Below, in pieces: positions 28,065-41,368 of a DNA stretch of 64,000 bases. The position numbers and the translations under genes are program-made. How positions within the stretch are numbered: the first letter of the stretch is position 1; each line of letters starts with the position of its first letter. Below the pieces are notes generated by a model. That model saw only the letters and a list, made by a program, of their open reading frames with translations, was not told the origin of the DNA and did not search any database. The DNA is from Octopus vulgaris (lineage: Eukaryota): contig OX597832.1 in the NCBI GenBank assembly GCA_951406725.2, positions 18,290,001-18,354,000 of the forward strand. Direction: 5' to 3'.

Positions 28065-29249
28065 GTATGTATGTATGTATGTATTTATGTATGCATGTGC
28101 ACATAGGTGTGTGTATACAATATACATGTATATTTATATGTTTATATATGTGTATATACATCCACACACACACATAAACGTATATACATGTATATGCATG
28201 AGGTAAAACCATTTATACATGTGTGTGTTTGTCAGTGTGTGTACTCTTTTTATGAATGTGTGCATGTGTGCATGTACGCATGATAATGCATGTAAATTTG
28301 TAGTGGTTTTTGCATTCTGAAGCTACTGAGTGCTTAGTTTATCTTGAAATGAATACACATTAGCTAAAACAATATATACAAAAAAAAAAAGAAACATAAA
28401 TAACAACAATACTAATATCATAGTGTTAAGGCGAAAAATAGACTCTAACAAATACACAAAATACCGAAGGATAAATAAATAAAGAATTAAAGTACCAAAA
28501 TGTCTCCTACTTTGAAAAGTAGGCAATGAAATCCAATAATTAGCAGGTCGTTACAATGCTCCATAAAGCCGTCAATGTGGTCGCTAACTGTGGACAAAGA
28601 CTACAGCAAATAAAGATTCCGCTAGACAATGGTTTGGACATGGCATTCAGGTTTATAGGAAGTGGAAAATGTAACACAGACAGCCAGGCAGCTTAATAGC
28701 TCTTTGGGTAAAATGATGGACAGTGTTATGGAAGAAAGAAGGTAGTACGTTTAGTATAGAGGAGTGTAGCTTTGTATGTATGTATGTATGTGTGTGAGTG
28801 TGCGCGCTTGCACGTGTATGGATTTCCCTGTGTGTTTGTTTATGTATGTTAGAGTGCGAATAAATATGTAAATGAATGAGTGAGAGAATGAAGAGTGAAG
28901 GAGTGAGTGAAGGAGTGAATCAATGAATGAAAGAAGACATGAGGAAAGAAAGAAATCATTGATCGAGTGAATGAATGAGATGGAAGTATAACATGAAAGT
29001 CACATAAGTTAATAGGAATTGAGAGCGGGAACAAGAAATATTAAGTGTGTGTGTGTATGTGTGTATTTGTGTGTTTGTGTGCATTTATATGCGTGTGTAT
29101 ATGTATGCGTGCTTCTATGTGTGAGTTGTGCATTTACCTATATATAAATATTCGTTATATGTGGGCCTGTATATACAATTTGTAATTTAAATTCATTGCT
29201 AAAATTTTCCAAAAGTACAAGGAAATGATTTCAAAATACACAGGATCAA

Positions 29250-29890
29250 GGGGCATTGCAGCCCAGGATTACGCACAGCATCTGACCTATGCATTAACAG
29301 AAGAAATTCTACAAAGATGGCAATGAGATGTAGACAGCCAGTGAAATGGATTCGAAGAAATTTCGAAACAACACGGCAGGAATTTATGATAGACCTCCTA
29401 AGGGCATTTGTCTCTAAGATTCTAGAATGTTGGTTGCAATTGTGGTTACCATATAGTGTAAAATTATTGGTGGATCTTGCAACAGTTCATTGCTGATATA
29501 CAAAATGATTGCTTCAAAGTCACAAATTAGCGGCTGGATAAGGATAAAAAGTTAACATATACTTCCTAGAATGTAGAGTGGAAAGATATACATAAATATA
29601 TGTATTGACAATCTTGGAAACATTTACATACAACTTCCATATTCAAAGTTAAACTACTCTCGAACTGATTTTGGGAGAGAGCCATCCAGATTTACAAATA
29701 GATAGTGCAACCGATTATAAGTGAAAGGTCCACAGCAAAACAAAATTGCATGGTGTCGCCGAAGATATCTTCAAACATCAGCTGGGAATACTGCTGTCTA
29801 GAACAGCAGATAAACATACCTTGGGAGAAACATACATTTAAGGGTGGAAAATTTGAACTCTCGCATCTACAAGAGCTTAAGGATTGAAGC
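29250..29890 (+). mobile_element. Degenerate CR1/L2-type LINE, C-terminal region
   Basis: KWIRRNFETTRQEFMIDLLRAFVSKILECWLQLWLPYSVKLLVDLATVHC*YTK resembles the CR1-type WILRTF..R....L....V...LEYC.QLWSP......LE.VQR..TK; later LECRVERY fits SLE.RRERY. Confidence 0.7.
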
Positions 29891-29917
29891 AAGTAACAGA
29901 TAAGTTAGAGTATGTAT

Positions 29918-29948
<31 letters not shown>

Positions 29949-30783
29949 CACGCAGACTCACACACACACACACACAAACACGCACGCACACCCACGCGCA
30001 CACACATACTGGTAACTATGTAACTATATATATATATATATATGTATCTCTAGCTCATATATATATATATACAGCCATACTTACAATCCAACATACCCCC
30101 CATCATCGGCTGTCCCACGGATATCACTATGTTTTCGACACCTGGGCAGTAACGTTCAATTCAGCGGTATCAACAGCACTAAGATAAGTGTTGATTGGAA
30201 ACAAACAAACCAAGGAAACCACAACTTTCAAATACATTTACCCAATGAAAAACCATATCGATAACTAAATTCCACAAGTGAATTACAACCGTTCCGAAAT
30301 ACGTAACTAAACGGCGACTAATCTATTAAGTCATAAAAAATTATAATCCCTACCGTCTTCCGTAGTATAATATAAGAGAAAATCTTAATTGCCACATTAT
30401 TTCAATCAGTCAATATAGAGGCATGATTAAACATTAACCTTACTAAGACTGCAACAAGAGACATGTAAACAAATGTACATTGTATCGGTATTAATAGTAA
30501 ACTGCAGTAACTAAATTATATGTTAAATTGCGATCCATCTTTAAGTCAATATAAATAATAATCCCACTGGCCTTCCATATATACAATTATGATCGTTCAA
30601 ACCTTATAAATTTTTTTCCTAAATAAAACACGATTAAAATTAATTTAACTAATATTTTTATGAGAAAAATACATTATTTCATCAATCAAAAGTTAATAAT
30701 AAAACGCTACATGCTCATTAATATATCACCACTACAAGTAATATTAAATTACCAATGACTAATATACACTTAAATTTCCTTAA

Positions 30784-31501
30784 ATAGGAACTAATAAAGG
30801 TACTTGTAATTAACTACTATTATAAACCTTGCTATGTTTACAGCTAATAAAACTGTTTAAAAGACAATAAAACCGCAAGTATTAACACTTACATGTTTAA
30901 TCAGATACACGAATCCTTCACCAAGAATTTCAAGAGCAAGTAAATATTGATGACGTAGTACGTAATAACCCATTTTTAATTGCCTCAATACCGGTGACGT
31001 AGTAAGCAAATGACTCGAATCGTAAACCTTCAAATCCTTATTTGCTAAGCTGATATATATAAATTTAGATATATTAGAGTTATTAATAATGCTAATAAAT
31101 TTTTGTAAAGTATAAGCTGTTAAAAAATTTAATAGAACAAGTTTATAAACATAGTGTGGTAGTTAACATTTTTAATCGCTGTTTAGGAGGGAGACTTGAG
31201 ATCTTAAATAAATATGTGGCAATATCTATCTCATCTTCAGCTTAGCAAATAAGGATTTGAAGGTTTACGATTCGAGTCATTTGCTTACTACGTCACCGGT
31301 ATTGAGGCAATTAAAAATGGGTTATTACGTACTACGTCATCAATATTTACTTGCTCTTGAAATTCTTGGTGAAGGATTCGTGTATCTGATTAAACATGGA
31401 AGTGTTAATACTTGCGGTTTTATTGTCTTTTAAACAGTTTTATTAGCTGTAAACATAGCAAGGTTTATAATAGTAGCTAATTAAAAGTACTTTTATTAGT
31501 T

Positions 31502-31506
<5 letters not shown>
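30784..31506. repeat. 270-bp near-perfect inverted repeat with 183-bp spacer
   Basis: 30784-31053 is the reverse complement of 31237-31506 with about 4 mismatches by eye; the right arm abuts (TA)n. Confidence 0.93.
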
Positions 31507-31567
<61 letters not shown>

Positions 31568-31636
31568 ACATTAATACAGTGTAGATTGATAGCTAATTAG
31601 AAAGCTAGGTAGTTAGCAATTAAATGTTATTTTCTA

Positions 31637-31925
31637 CTCGGCAGAATTCGAATTCAGAACGTAACGGCAGACGAAATACATATTTCTTAACTACCCACGA
31701 GTGTCTAAACACGTAGAGGACAAACAAGGAGAGACAAACGGATTAAGTCGATTATATCAGCCTCCAGTGCGTAACTGGTACTTATTTAATCGACATTCCT
31801 CATGTCATATAAGACGAAAGGATGAAAGGCAAAGTCGACCTCGTCGGAATTTGAACTCAGAACGTAGCGGCAGACGAAATACCGCTAAGCCCGGCATGCT
31901 AACGTTTCTGCCAGCTCGCCGCCTT
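31637..31925 (-). mobile_element. SINE family A plus partial second unit
   Basis: Full copy 31681-31925 (-); the tail is joined at 31680 to internal SINE sequence (GTATTTCGTCTGCCGTTACGTTCTG); carries a short insertion at ~31795-31814. Confidence 0.9.
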
Positions 31926-32429
31926 CGTTGGAAATGAAATACTTTCTACACACTCGAAACGTTTTTTTGTAACAGTAATGAAATAAAAGGGGAAATAAAA
32001 AATATTAAGAGTCGAACTGTGTTCTTTTACGTAAAGTTCAGCTTTGACTCAGCTCTTACGAGGTTAACACAAGTACTAAAGCATGCACTGGGTCGATATA
32101 TTTGTTTAAAACACTTGAAGCAGGTAACCCAATCCGGTGAGCGAGATCAATAAATAACGGATACATGTATAGCTAAGGACTTTAACAATGGGGACAAAAG
32201 ACATTTTTTAAAATACCCATGAGCAAATTAGCGCCTTATATGACATGAGGTATGTTTATGCTCTGCAATAGTTAAACTACCGAATGAGTTGATAACAAAA
32301 AAATAGGAACATTGTAAATCGTTCAGTAAATGGCAAATTGCTTTACTTGACAATACTAAGTACGATAACACAGTAGATGTATAGATAAATACATACGAGT
32401 GTGTGTGTTTATTTGCATATGTGTATATG

Positions 32430-32480
<51 letters not shown>

Positions 32481-32748
32481 TGATCTATATCTGTGTATGT
32501 TTTTCTCTCGTTCTCTTTCTCTTTCTCGGTGTACATATATATATGTATATATATAATACACACACACATATATATGTATACTTATATACATACCTACGTA
32601 TATATGTATGTATGTATACTAACACACAATCACACACATAATATTCACATGGGGACTAAATTATTGTTCTCGTACGTTGATTTTGATGATTTTGTAATTT
32701 TAAAAGTATTTTTACATTATTTTATATATATATATATATAAATATATA

Positions 32749-32801
<53 letters not shown>

Positions 32802-33038
32802 CATACACACAAACACACAAACACACAAACACACAAACACACACACACACACATATATATATATAACGGTTGGTTCTCCTCTACTGCCGTTAAGCAATGG
32901 CATTTGTATTTCTTTAATACCTGTACGTTTCCATTTGAAATAATGTCTATGCGATGTAACTGATCTGTTCTAAGCTTCACCAACCTATTTCCAACTTATC
33001 CCCTGAGGTTACGCATGCTGCTGCTGCTGACATTACTT

Positions 33039-33098
<60 letters not shown>

Positions 33099-33137
33099 AC
33101 ATATTTTATCATTATTATTATTATCCTTGATGTTACT

Positions 33138-33350
33138 AAGGCGGTGAACTGGCAGGATCGTTAGCACTCTGAACGAAATACTTAGCAGTATTTCGCCCAT
33201 CGTTACTGTTTGAGTTCAGATACCGCCGAGGTCGACATTGCCTTTCATCCTTCCGGGATCGATAAATTAAGTACCAGTTAGACACTGGAGTCGATGTAAT
33301 CAACTAGTCTCCCCCACCACCGAAATTTTAGCCCTTATGCCTATAGTAGA
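33138..33350 (+). mobile_element. SINE family A'
   Basis: AAGGCGGTGAACTGGCAGG head, GCCTTTCATCCTTCCGGGATCGATAAATTAAGTACCAG, tail GCCCTTATGCCTATAGTAGA. Confidence 0.85.
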
Positions 33351-35203
33351 GTCTTGATTGCGTGGCCGGTTTGATTATGAACTTCCAGGTAGACTGACTT
33401 ATGTGTCGATCGGGGGTCTGTGTTAAACGATGCATCAGTATGGTGCTGGAGAGTGAACTCATCAGGACCAGGTTGTCTAATGAGGCTCGTGTCGGCCCAG
33501 GATGGAAACGCAGCTTGCAAAAATATCCTATATGAAGCAGCAGTGGGATTGCGCCTGTGAATAGTCGTTGACTTTCAGCCTGTTTAATGTACGCATAATT
33601 AATATTCATTTGAATTAGGTAATTAAACTGAAGCACCTTGCCATTTCGGTATCGTCCACACAGCTCCAATTTAGGAGAGTAACAAGTATCTACGTGTGTT
33701 ACGGCCGTAATACTTGATAATATTTCTACGAATTTCAGTAATACCTCATATGACGTCACTATAAATGTTAATGATAGAGTAAGTAATGCTAATTATAATA
33801 TCTCCAGTTGTAATTGTAGAGAAGGATCCCGATGTCAGTTATTCGGTCAGTGTTTAGCTGAAAATGTCATATATAAATGTACAGTAAAGACAGATAGTAA
33901 ACATTTCTGTGAATACGAAAAAAAAAATCGATTGAATAAGCATTTTTTGTCATTGGTACCTCTTTAGCTATGATAATCTTGGGACTCAAGGATAGTAATA
34001 GTGAATATAGCCTAAAATGGGACATCTTGGGTAGAGCTCTGCTATACACAAATAACCGATATGGATGTGAAATATGTTGTATGTAGATATATGAAATATT
34101 CATATATAGAGTATCACGTGTCCATAGGATTACCCGTACCTTCAAATACTTTAGAAACAAGTAATGATAAGTATATCATGCTATGATACGGGGAGTCATA
34201 TTATTCATAGCATATCCTCTATTTTCTCGAAATATATGTAATATTGTTTTCTAATGAACCTTTATTACATTAATCTGCAATCTTTCAATAATTATATTAC
34301 ATATTTAGCCGTTCTGTATTATATTACATATTAAGCCGTTCCATTATAGTTTGTACAATATATAAAATTGCAACGAATTACGAAATCTTCCCCCTCTCCT
34401 ATGTATAAGGTATAGCTCCCAGTAACTGTTATTGCCCTACATAGATCAGTGTCCTTGATATATTTTGGAATTATTTTATAAACCCTTTTCCAAAGGTATC
34501 TTTATCTTAATTTATTATTTTTTTCAATTAGTATTTGATATATATGATCTAATTTTTAATAGGGTATTATATTAATAATATATCTAAGAACACTTTCCAT
34601 ATACAAATATAATTTATAATTTATATCATAATCTATGAAATAATTCTTATTTCATTTTATTTTATCTTGATATATTCTTATGTTTTTTTTTTATTTCTGC
34701 TATACCATTTATATCATTCGGAAACAAATATATAAAATTTTATGTTCTATATATTTTATATTTTATATTATTAAATTTTTATATCTCTACACCTTCCTAT
34801 ACATTTGTGTAGCTTCTATTAATTAAAAAGATTTTTATAATTTCTTTTCATAATACAATATTATAATGTGAACCAAATTATTCTAATTTATAATTACACA
34901 TTATGCCTTATAAATTGTATACATATATGTGATATTTGTATGCATTTATATATCCTTTCATATTTTTTCCAAGTATTTGTAATTTATAAATTATTTTTAC
35001 AAGGTTTTCTTATAAAAGTTATTGGATATGGAAATCCTTGGTTATTCTTGTATATTTTTTAAGCATGCATTATACTTTAAATGTTTACATGTTCAAATCG
35101 GTTTAGCTATTCGCTTCAATAATTTATATTTATGTTCAGTCTTCGGAGTTTTTCAAAGGTAAGTAGTTCTGTGTTGCACACAGTCCACATGTTCCCGGTA
35201 TGA

Positions 35204-35271
<68 letters not shown>

Positions 35272-35280
<9 letters not shown>

Positions 35281-35851
35281 TAAGGGTAGAAATCAATATT
35301 TATCAATTAAAACCAGTGGTCTAGCATATTAAAAAAGAATCCGAAGATTAAAATATTTATATATAACAATTAAGGACTGAACACCAAAAGTGGACAGTCA
35401 ACATGCTAGATATAGACGTCAAATCGCCATTCTCCACAAAAGATTATGTTCTCAAATCAAACTCATCACAAACCCAAGCAATAAACAAGTGAAAATATAC
35501 GAAATAAAATACTTATCCATGTACTGATCAGTTTCGGCTATTATTATCCGCAAGGATACCTGTAGCCTTCATCAGCATGGCCCGATATAAATGCAATTTG
35601 CTGGACTAGATGCAAAAACGATACCGGAGTATCGCGTGCGTGGAGTTCAACCTATTACATTCGAATGTATCTTTCAAATGCCTTTACTTTGGCGCGTTGA
35701 GACCCGAAAAAACCAGCCTGCAGCTAATAATTAGCAGCCGTCAATTTATCGGTTAGAGAACATATTTATTTATATAAAATTAATCAAGGGTAGAAATCAA
35801 TATTTATCAATTAAAACCAGTGGTCTAGCATATTAAAAAAGAATCCGAAGA
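35272..35851 (-). mobile_element. Retrozyme/Penelope-like non-coding element: 504-bp monomer plus ~76-bp terminal redundancy
   Basis: Direct repeats 35272-35347 and 35776-35851 (about 2 differences); internal HHR on the minus strand; left end abuts (TA)n; no ORF. Confidence 0.8.
35517..35580 (-). ncRNA. Type I hammerhead ribozyme (minimal, Penelope/retrozyme type)
   Basis: Minus strand: CCATG-CTGATGA-A-GGCTA-[CAGG-TATCC-TTGC-GGATA-ATAA]-TAGCC-GAAA-C-TGATCA-G-TA-CATGG. Perfect stem I (CCATG/CATGG), intact CUGAUGA and GAAA, stem II GGCTA/TAGCC, short stem III with palindromic CTGATCAG, GUA cleavage triplet. Confidence 0.9.
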
Positions 35852-36038
35852 ATAACCAAGGATTTCCATATCCAATAACTTTTATAAGAACACCTTGTAA
35901 AAATATATACATATGCATATAGGTAGATAGATTGATAGATAAGATGATAGATAGATTCGTAGATAGATATGTAAATAGAAATACAAACAGATGGATAATT
36001 ATACAGATAGACAGACAGATAGATTTAGATATGAAATA

Positions 36039-36250
36039 CAGGGTGCGGCAGAAGTAACGCCCTTTTGTATTTTACTTTCTTAGATATTAGTTGTTTTGTA
36101 TTTCCTAAAGCTTCTGCAATTTTTTCACTAGTTTATTATTCGTTTCTTTAAGTAATGCAATAAATTTGTGTTCAATAATAAATTACTTAAACATCTATAT
36201 GCTATAAAAGTTGTCAAATGCAAATAGGGGATCAATTGTGCCGCACCCTG
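36039..36250. mobile_element. Tc1/mariner-type MITE (212 bp)
   Basis: TIRs CAGGGTGCGGCA / TGCCGCACCCTG flanked by TA on both sides (36037-38, 36251-52). Confidence 0.88.
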
Positions 36251-37545
36251 TATATCTGTAATTTCAAGAAATTAGTCGTGAAATACGATAAGAGATTTGT
36301 AAGTACCTATACTATTCAATTAAGCTAACTACATTGAATCTGTTTATTTTATTCCATTTTTTAAAAGCAAAACAACCATTATTTATGCGAAATATTTCAG
36401 TGAAATTTCATGACGCATTTTGTCGCACCAGAACTTGTAGGAGGAAAGAAAAATCAATTTGTCCTTGGTTTTAGATTACGCTAAAGAATTATAAAAAAAA
36501 ATCATTATGGCAAAGAATATCATAAACGTAAATGAAATTGTAAAACAAATAAATGAAACACATAGAGCAACCACAATGAAAATGGAATTAGAATGAGAAG
36601 AATTGCAATAGCCTTTAATAGGATAAGGTAACTTATTTCTGTACAGCTCTGTATAATTTCGTGTAAGCTTCTATCATAAGAAAAATGCCTTTGGCATTTC
36701 TACTGAAAGACATAATAGAGTTAGTCAGCTATTTCTACATAATATTAAGATACCCTTAAATAGTTTATGCTTCTTGGACATGAAGATCGATTAGGATGTG
36801 CCAAGAAATTTTTCCTCATATCTGCAGTTCTATAAGAATACCTGCAACAGTTGCCAAATTTGATTAGAAACTGAACGACAGTTGGACTGTAGGCTGGGTT
36901 GATTTGAATGGCGAATCGTAGCTGTGTTAACGCGATAAAAACACTCCGAATTGTCATTGAGAATGCATTCAAGTTAATAAGGTTACATTGAGAGAGAATG
37001 CAGTACAACCAACCAACGAATAAACCAGCCAACCTACCAACCAACCAACCAACTAACCAACCAGCCAACCAACCAACCAGCCCGTCAGACCAACTACATT
37101 TCCGCCCAGTCAAATAAAAGCCCAGGATAACTTTACATGGGTTTCTCTGGATCTGTGTATTGAAGATACGTATGAATGTTCTGATCGTGACCGATTCAGC
37201 GTGTGTAATAGATATGACGTCACTCCACTGCAATTCCCTCAGATGAAGTGAATGAAACACAACCGTATTAGTCTTTATCTATTGTGTAATTCAGGTTCAA
37301 GTGATTCTAGCTCTAAGTTTATCTTCATATTTATTGCGGATTTCTCCTTATGATACATTAAGAAGACAGAACACTTTTGCTGGGTTTCTTTTCATTTTTA
37401 TTATGGAATTCTCCCTTCGATAATCTAAATAAAAAAAGAACATTTCTTTAAATATTTACTGGAAACATCTTTTTTTATATTAATAGCTTTATATATTACC
37501 AACATGATTGTCATTTATATTATTTTATTTTATATTTATTATATA

Positions 37546-37686
37546 GGCGCAGGAGTGGCTGTGTGGTAAGTAGCTTGTCTACCAACCACATGGTTCCGGG
37601 TTTGGACAAGTGTCTTCTACTATATCCTCGGGCCGACCAAAGCCTTGTGAGTGGATTTGGTAGACGGAAACGGAAAGAAGCCCGTC

Positions 37687-37766
<80 letters not shown>

Positions 37767-37948
37767 TGCTTGACAACCGGTGCTGGTGTGTTTATGTCCC
37801 CGTTACTTAGTGGTTCGGCAAAAGAGACCGATAGAATAAGTACTGGGCTTACAAAAGAATAAGTCCCGCGGTCGAGTTGCTCGATTAAAGGCGGTGCTCC
37901 CACATGGCCGCAGTCAAATGACTGAAACATGTAAAAGAGTAAAAGAAA
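37546..37948 (+). mobile_element. SINE family B (near full length)
   Basis: tRNA-like head GGCGCAGGAGTGGCTGTGTGGTAAG, CORE-like TTGGACAAGTGTCTT, internal (TA)n, tail CATGGCCGCAGTCAAATGACTGAAACATGTAAAAGAGTAAAAG. Confidence 0.92.
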
Positions 37949-39187
37949 GATAGTATGTATCGTTGTTGGAAGTTATTATAACAAAGAAAGAATGTCTTCA
38001 AGGTTAGATTAATATTATTTGTGATATATAGATATATATTTCGATACTTGTAGGTTCTACTTGCTCAGTTAATTTGTCTGTTATAATTTTGCATGTGTAT
38101 ATATATATATGTATTTGTATATATGGGTGTGTACGTATATATATTGGTAGCTTCTAAAATAACTAGTAATATTTTGATATACATTCTTATAGGTTAAATC
38201 TAGATCTATTGGGTAATTCAGATTCAATTGTAAAAAGTACGTAGTTGAAAAATTAACGTTCACGCTCATAATACATACGCATTTCAATTATTTTGTTTTT
38301 ATAATGTAGCCGTCCCTCCACTCGGAATTCCCTCTATCTTTAAACCTTAGCTCTGATGAGACTTATATAAGTGAATTGATTTGCTCACATGTCAAAAAAT
38401 CTATAGATGTCGTAACAAAACTTTGGCTATTTTGGTTTTTTTAATGATTTTTAATGATTTGAATTACATAATACTCATTCTATATTATGCTATATTATAA
38501 TATAAATAACTTATTGAATAGTCAGTTGTATAATTTACTGTATATATATATGTATATATTTTTCCATATATCTACCTACGTATATATGTGTGAGTGTGTG
38601 TGCCCGAATGGATGGGAATGTGTGTGCTTGTTTGCGTATGTATATGTATGAATGTATGCATATAAAAGGCTAGCATAGGATAGCATATCCTTCCATTTGT
38701 TGATAAATTGCACCAGATTTCGATACAACACGGGAGTCGGAAAAAGGTGACGCTGCAAACAAAGTTGTGGTCTGTCCACTCTTGATGTTACAAGAGCATT
38801 CTTTAGCTTACGTCGCATTCGTTCATTTTATACCCTAACCTACAGTCTCGTGATTGCCTTTCTATGAGTAAGAGAATATGTACCTGTGTTTGTTTGTTTG
38901 CGTGTGTCTGTGCAAATGCGTGTTTCGTGATGTCTGGATATGAGTGCCATTACGTTTTGACGTCAGAGAAACCATTGTGTCAAGTCTCCGCATCCCCTTA
39001 CATTAGTGCTACGACTAATGTAAATTTTCAAATTAAATACCAAAGTAAACTATAAACACTGGGTCACCGTCAAGGACCAAATTCATTGACGTCATGCCCA
39101 AGTGTGGTCGTCGTTCTATGAGCAGAATATTACACGCCGATGCATATAAGCCTCTGTTCTTAGCATATATATAGGTACGTATGTATG

Positions 39188-39282
<95 letters not shown>

Positions 39283-39368
39283 ACGTATATATATAAAGAT
39301 ATATATGTGTATATATGTATATATAAAAACTTATATGGTTATATGTATACAAATATATATACATACAT

Positions 39369-39401
<33 letters not shown>

Positions 39402-40864
39402 CATATATGCATATATGTGTATGCGAGTATGTATGTAAGTATAAATGCGAATATGTATGTATATATATATATATATTTATATACATACGCATACACACAC
39501 ACACATATACCTGTGTGTGTGTATATAGGTGTATGCATATATATATATATACAGACACATATATATATATATATCCATGTACATATACGTATGTGTGTAT
39601 ATATATATTTATGTATATATATGTATATGTGTATATATGTATGTATGTATGTGTGTGTACATGTATGTACATATGTATATACATGTACACATTCATTAGT
39701 CACTGCTATCCCAGAAAAAAATCGATATCTCTATGAAGTAAATATCCTCCATCAAAATAAACTCACTTCTAATTACGTTAGTCGAAATTCGGCCACTTCC
39801 GGTCAGACGGTTTATATGCTAATGAAAATTTCTTCCTCAAAGGATACATTTTACCATTTAGGCAGGATGTACATTCAACCACATCCGCATTTGTTCATTA
39901 CATTCTTCTGACCATTAGTTTCGTCTCTGATCGAACGTAAGGACGGCAGTGTGTAGTGGTGTTGGTTATGTATGTATGTAGTTGTGGACGTGTATACCAT
40001 AGGTGGTGTGGTGTGCAGTAAAATGTAGACGTCGTTGATGGCGGTGAGTGGTTTGGGGGGGCCAATGAGAGACGAGAGTAATGGTTGTTGTTTGTGTTGT
40101 TGATAGCGTTGTTGTTATGTTGTTGTTGTTGTTGTTGTCGTTGTTGCTGTTAGTGTTGTTGGTGTTATTTGGTTTCGGTGGTGGTGGTCGTGGTGGTGGT
40201 GGTGGTGAAGTTGCTAGCGTAGGCTGTGGACATGGTAATCTGGATGGACTTTCACTTAATTTTTCCGGACCAGGAATTATATGTTGTAGTCAATTATATT
40301 TTAAAACATCACTAACAACAACAACAACAACAGCAACAATAATAACAACAGCAACTGCATCGAGTGTAGAAACAGGAGCCACAACAATACAGCAACAACA
40401 ATAACAGGCTTCAACAACTGCAGACAAAAATACCAAGTTTATTGATGGTAGCTAAATGTATGGAACGCAGACCCTGCATCTGGAGACAACGTTGTACTTG
40501 ACTGATACGAACTGGGATTCTGCTTTTGAGGAAGAGATCACGTACGATGGGCTTTTCCTTCTGGTTCCTGAGCTCTGGGTTCAATTTCCGCCGGGATCAA
40601 ATCCGTCTGCTTTTGGTCATTTGTTGATCAATAATTAAAATGTCACATCCCGGCAATGGATTGGCAGAAATTTTGGTACCTGAGATGTGAGGCTTTGTCA
40701 TAGTTTTCGATTCCGTAATTCTGAATATACATTTTGCCCGCTGATTCACAACCTAACCCTGGGGGCCATCGATAAAAACAAATTGCTGTAATCATCTGTC
40801 ATATTAGCCGTACATTGTTTTGGTCAAATTGTTCGTAATATTTGAATCATATGAAGGTCTCGAG

Positions 40865-41368
40865 GTGACAGAAACTTTAGCACGACGGGCGAAATACTTA
40901 GCGGTATTTCGTCTGCCGCAACTTTCTGAATTCAAATTCCGCCGAGGTCGACTTTGCCTTTCGGTATCGATTAAATAAGTACCAGTTACGCACTGGGGTC
41001 GATACAGTCGACTTAATCCGTTTGTATGTCCTTGTTTGTCCTCTCTGTGTTTGGCCCCTTGTGAGTAGTAAAGAAATAGGTATTTCGTCTGCCACAATGT
41101 TCTGAGTTCAAATTACGCCAAGGTCGACAACAGACGAAATACCTATTTCTTTGCTACCCACATGGGGATTAAAAACACAGAGAGGAGAAACAAGGACAGG
41201 CAAACGGATTAAGTCGATTATATCGTAAATGGTACTTAATTTATCGACCCCGAAAGGATGAAAGGCAAAGTGGACCTCGGCGGGATTTGAACTCAGAACG
41301 TAACAGCGGACGAAATACCGCTAAGCATTTCGCCCCGAGTGCTAACGTTTCTGCCAGCTCGACGCCTT
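40865..41368. mobile_element. Tail-to-tail pair of SINE A copies (+ 40865-41078; - 41144-41368) with partial internal units between
   Basis: Both tails (AAAGAAATA) run into GGTATTTCGTCTG; 41079-41128 is a partial internal SINE unit. Confidence 0.9.

Noticed and set aside
33440-33465. Minus-strand CTGATGA
   Set aside because: No downstream stem plus GAAA.
40081-40638. Gly/Thr/Gln-rich ORF and following 60-aa ORF
   Set aside because: Built from (GTT)/(GGT)/(CAA) repeats and a degenerate SINE fragment.
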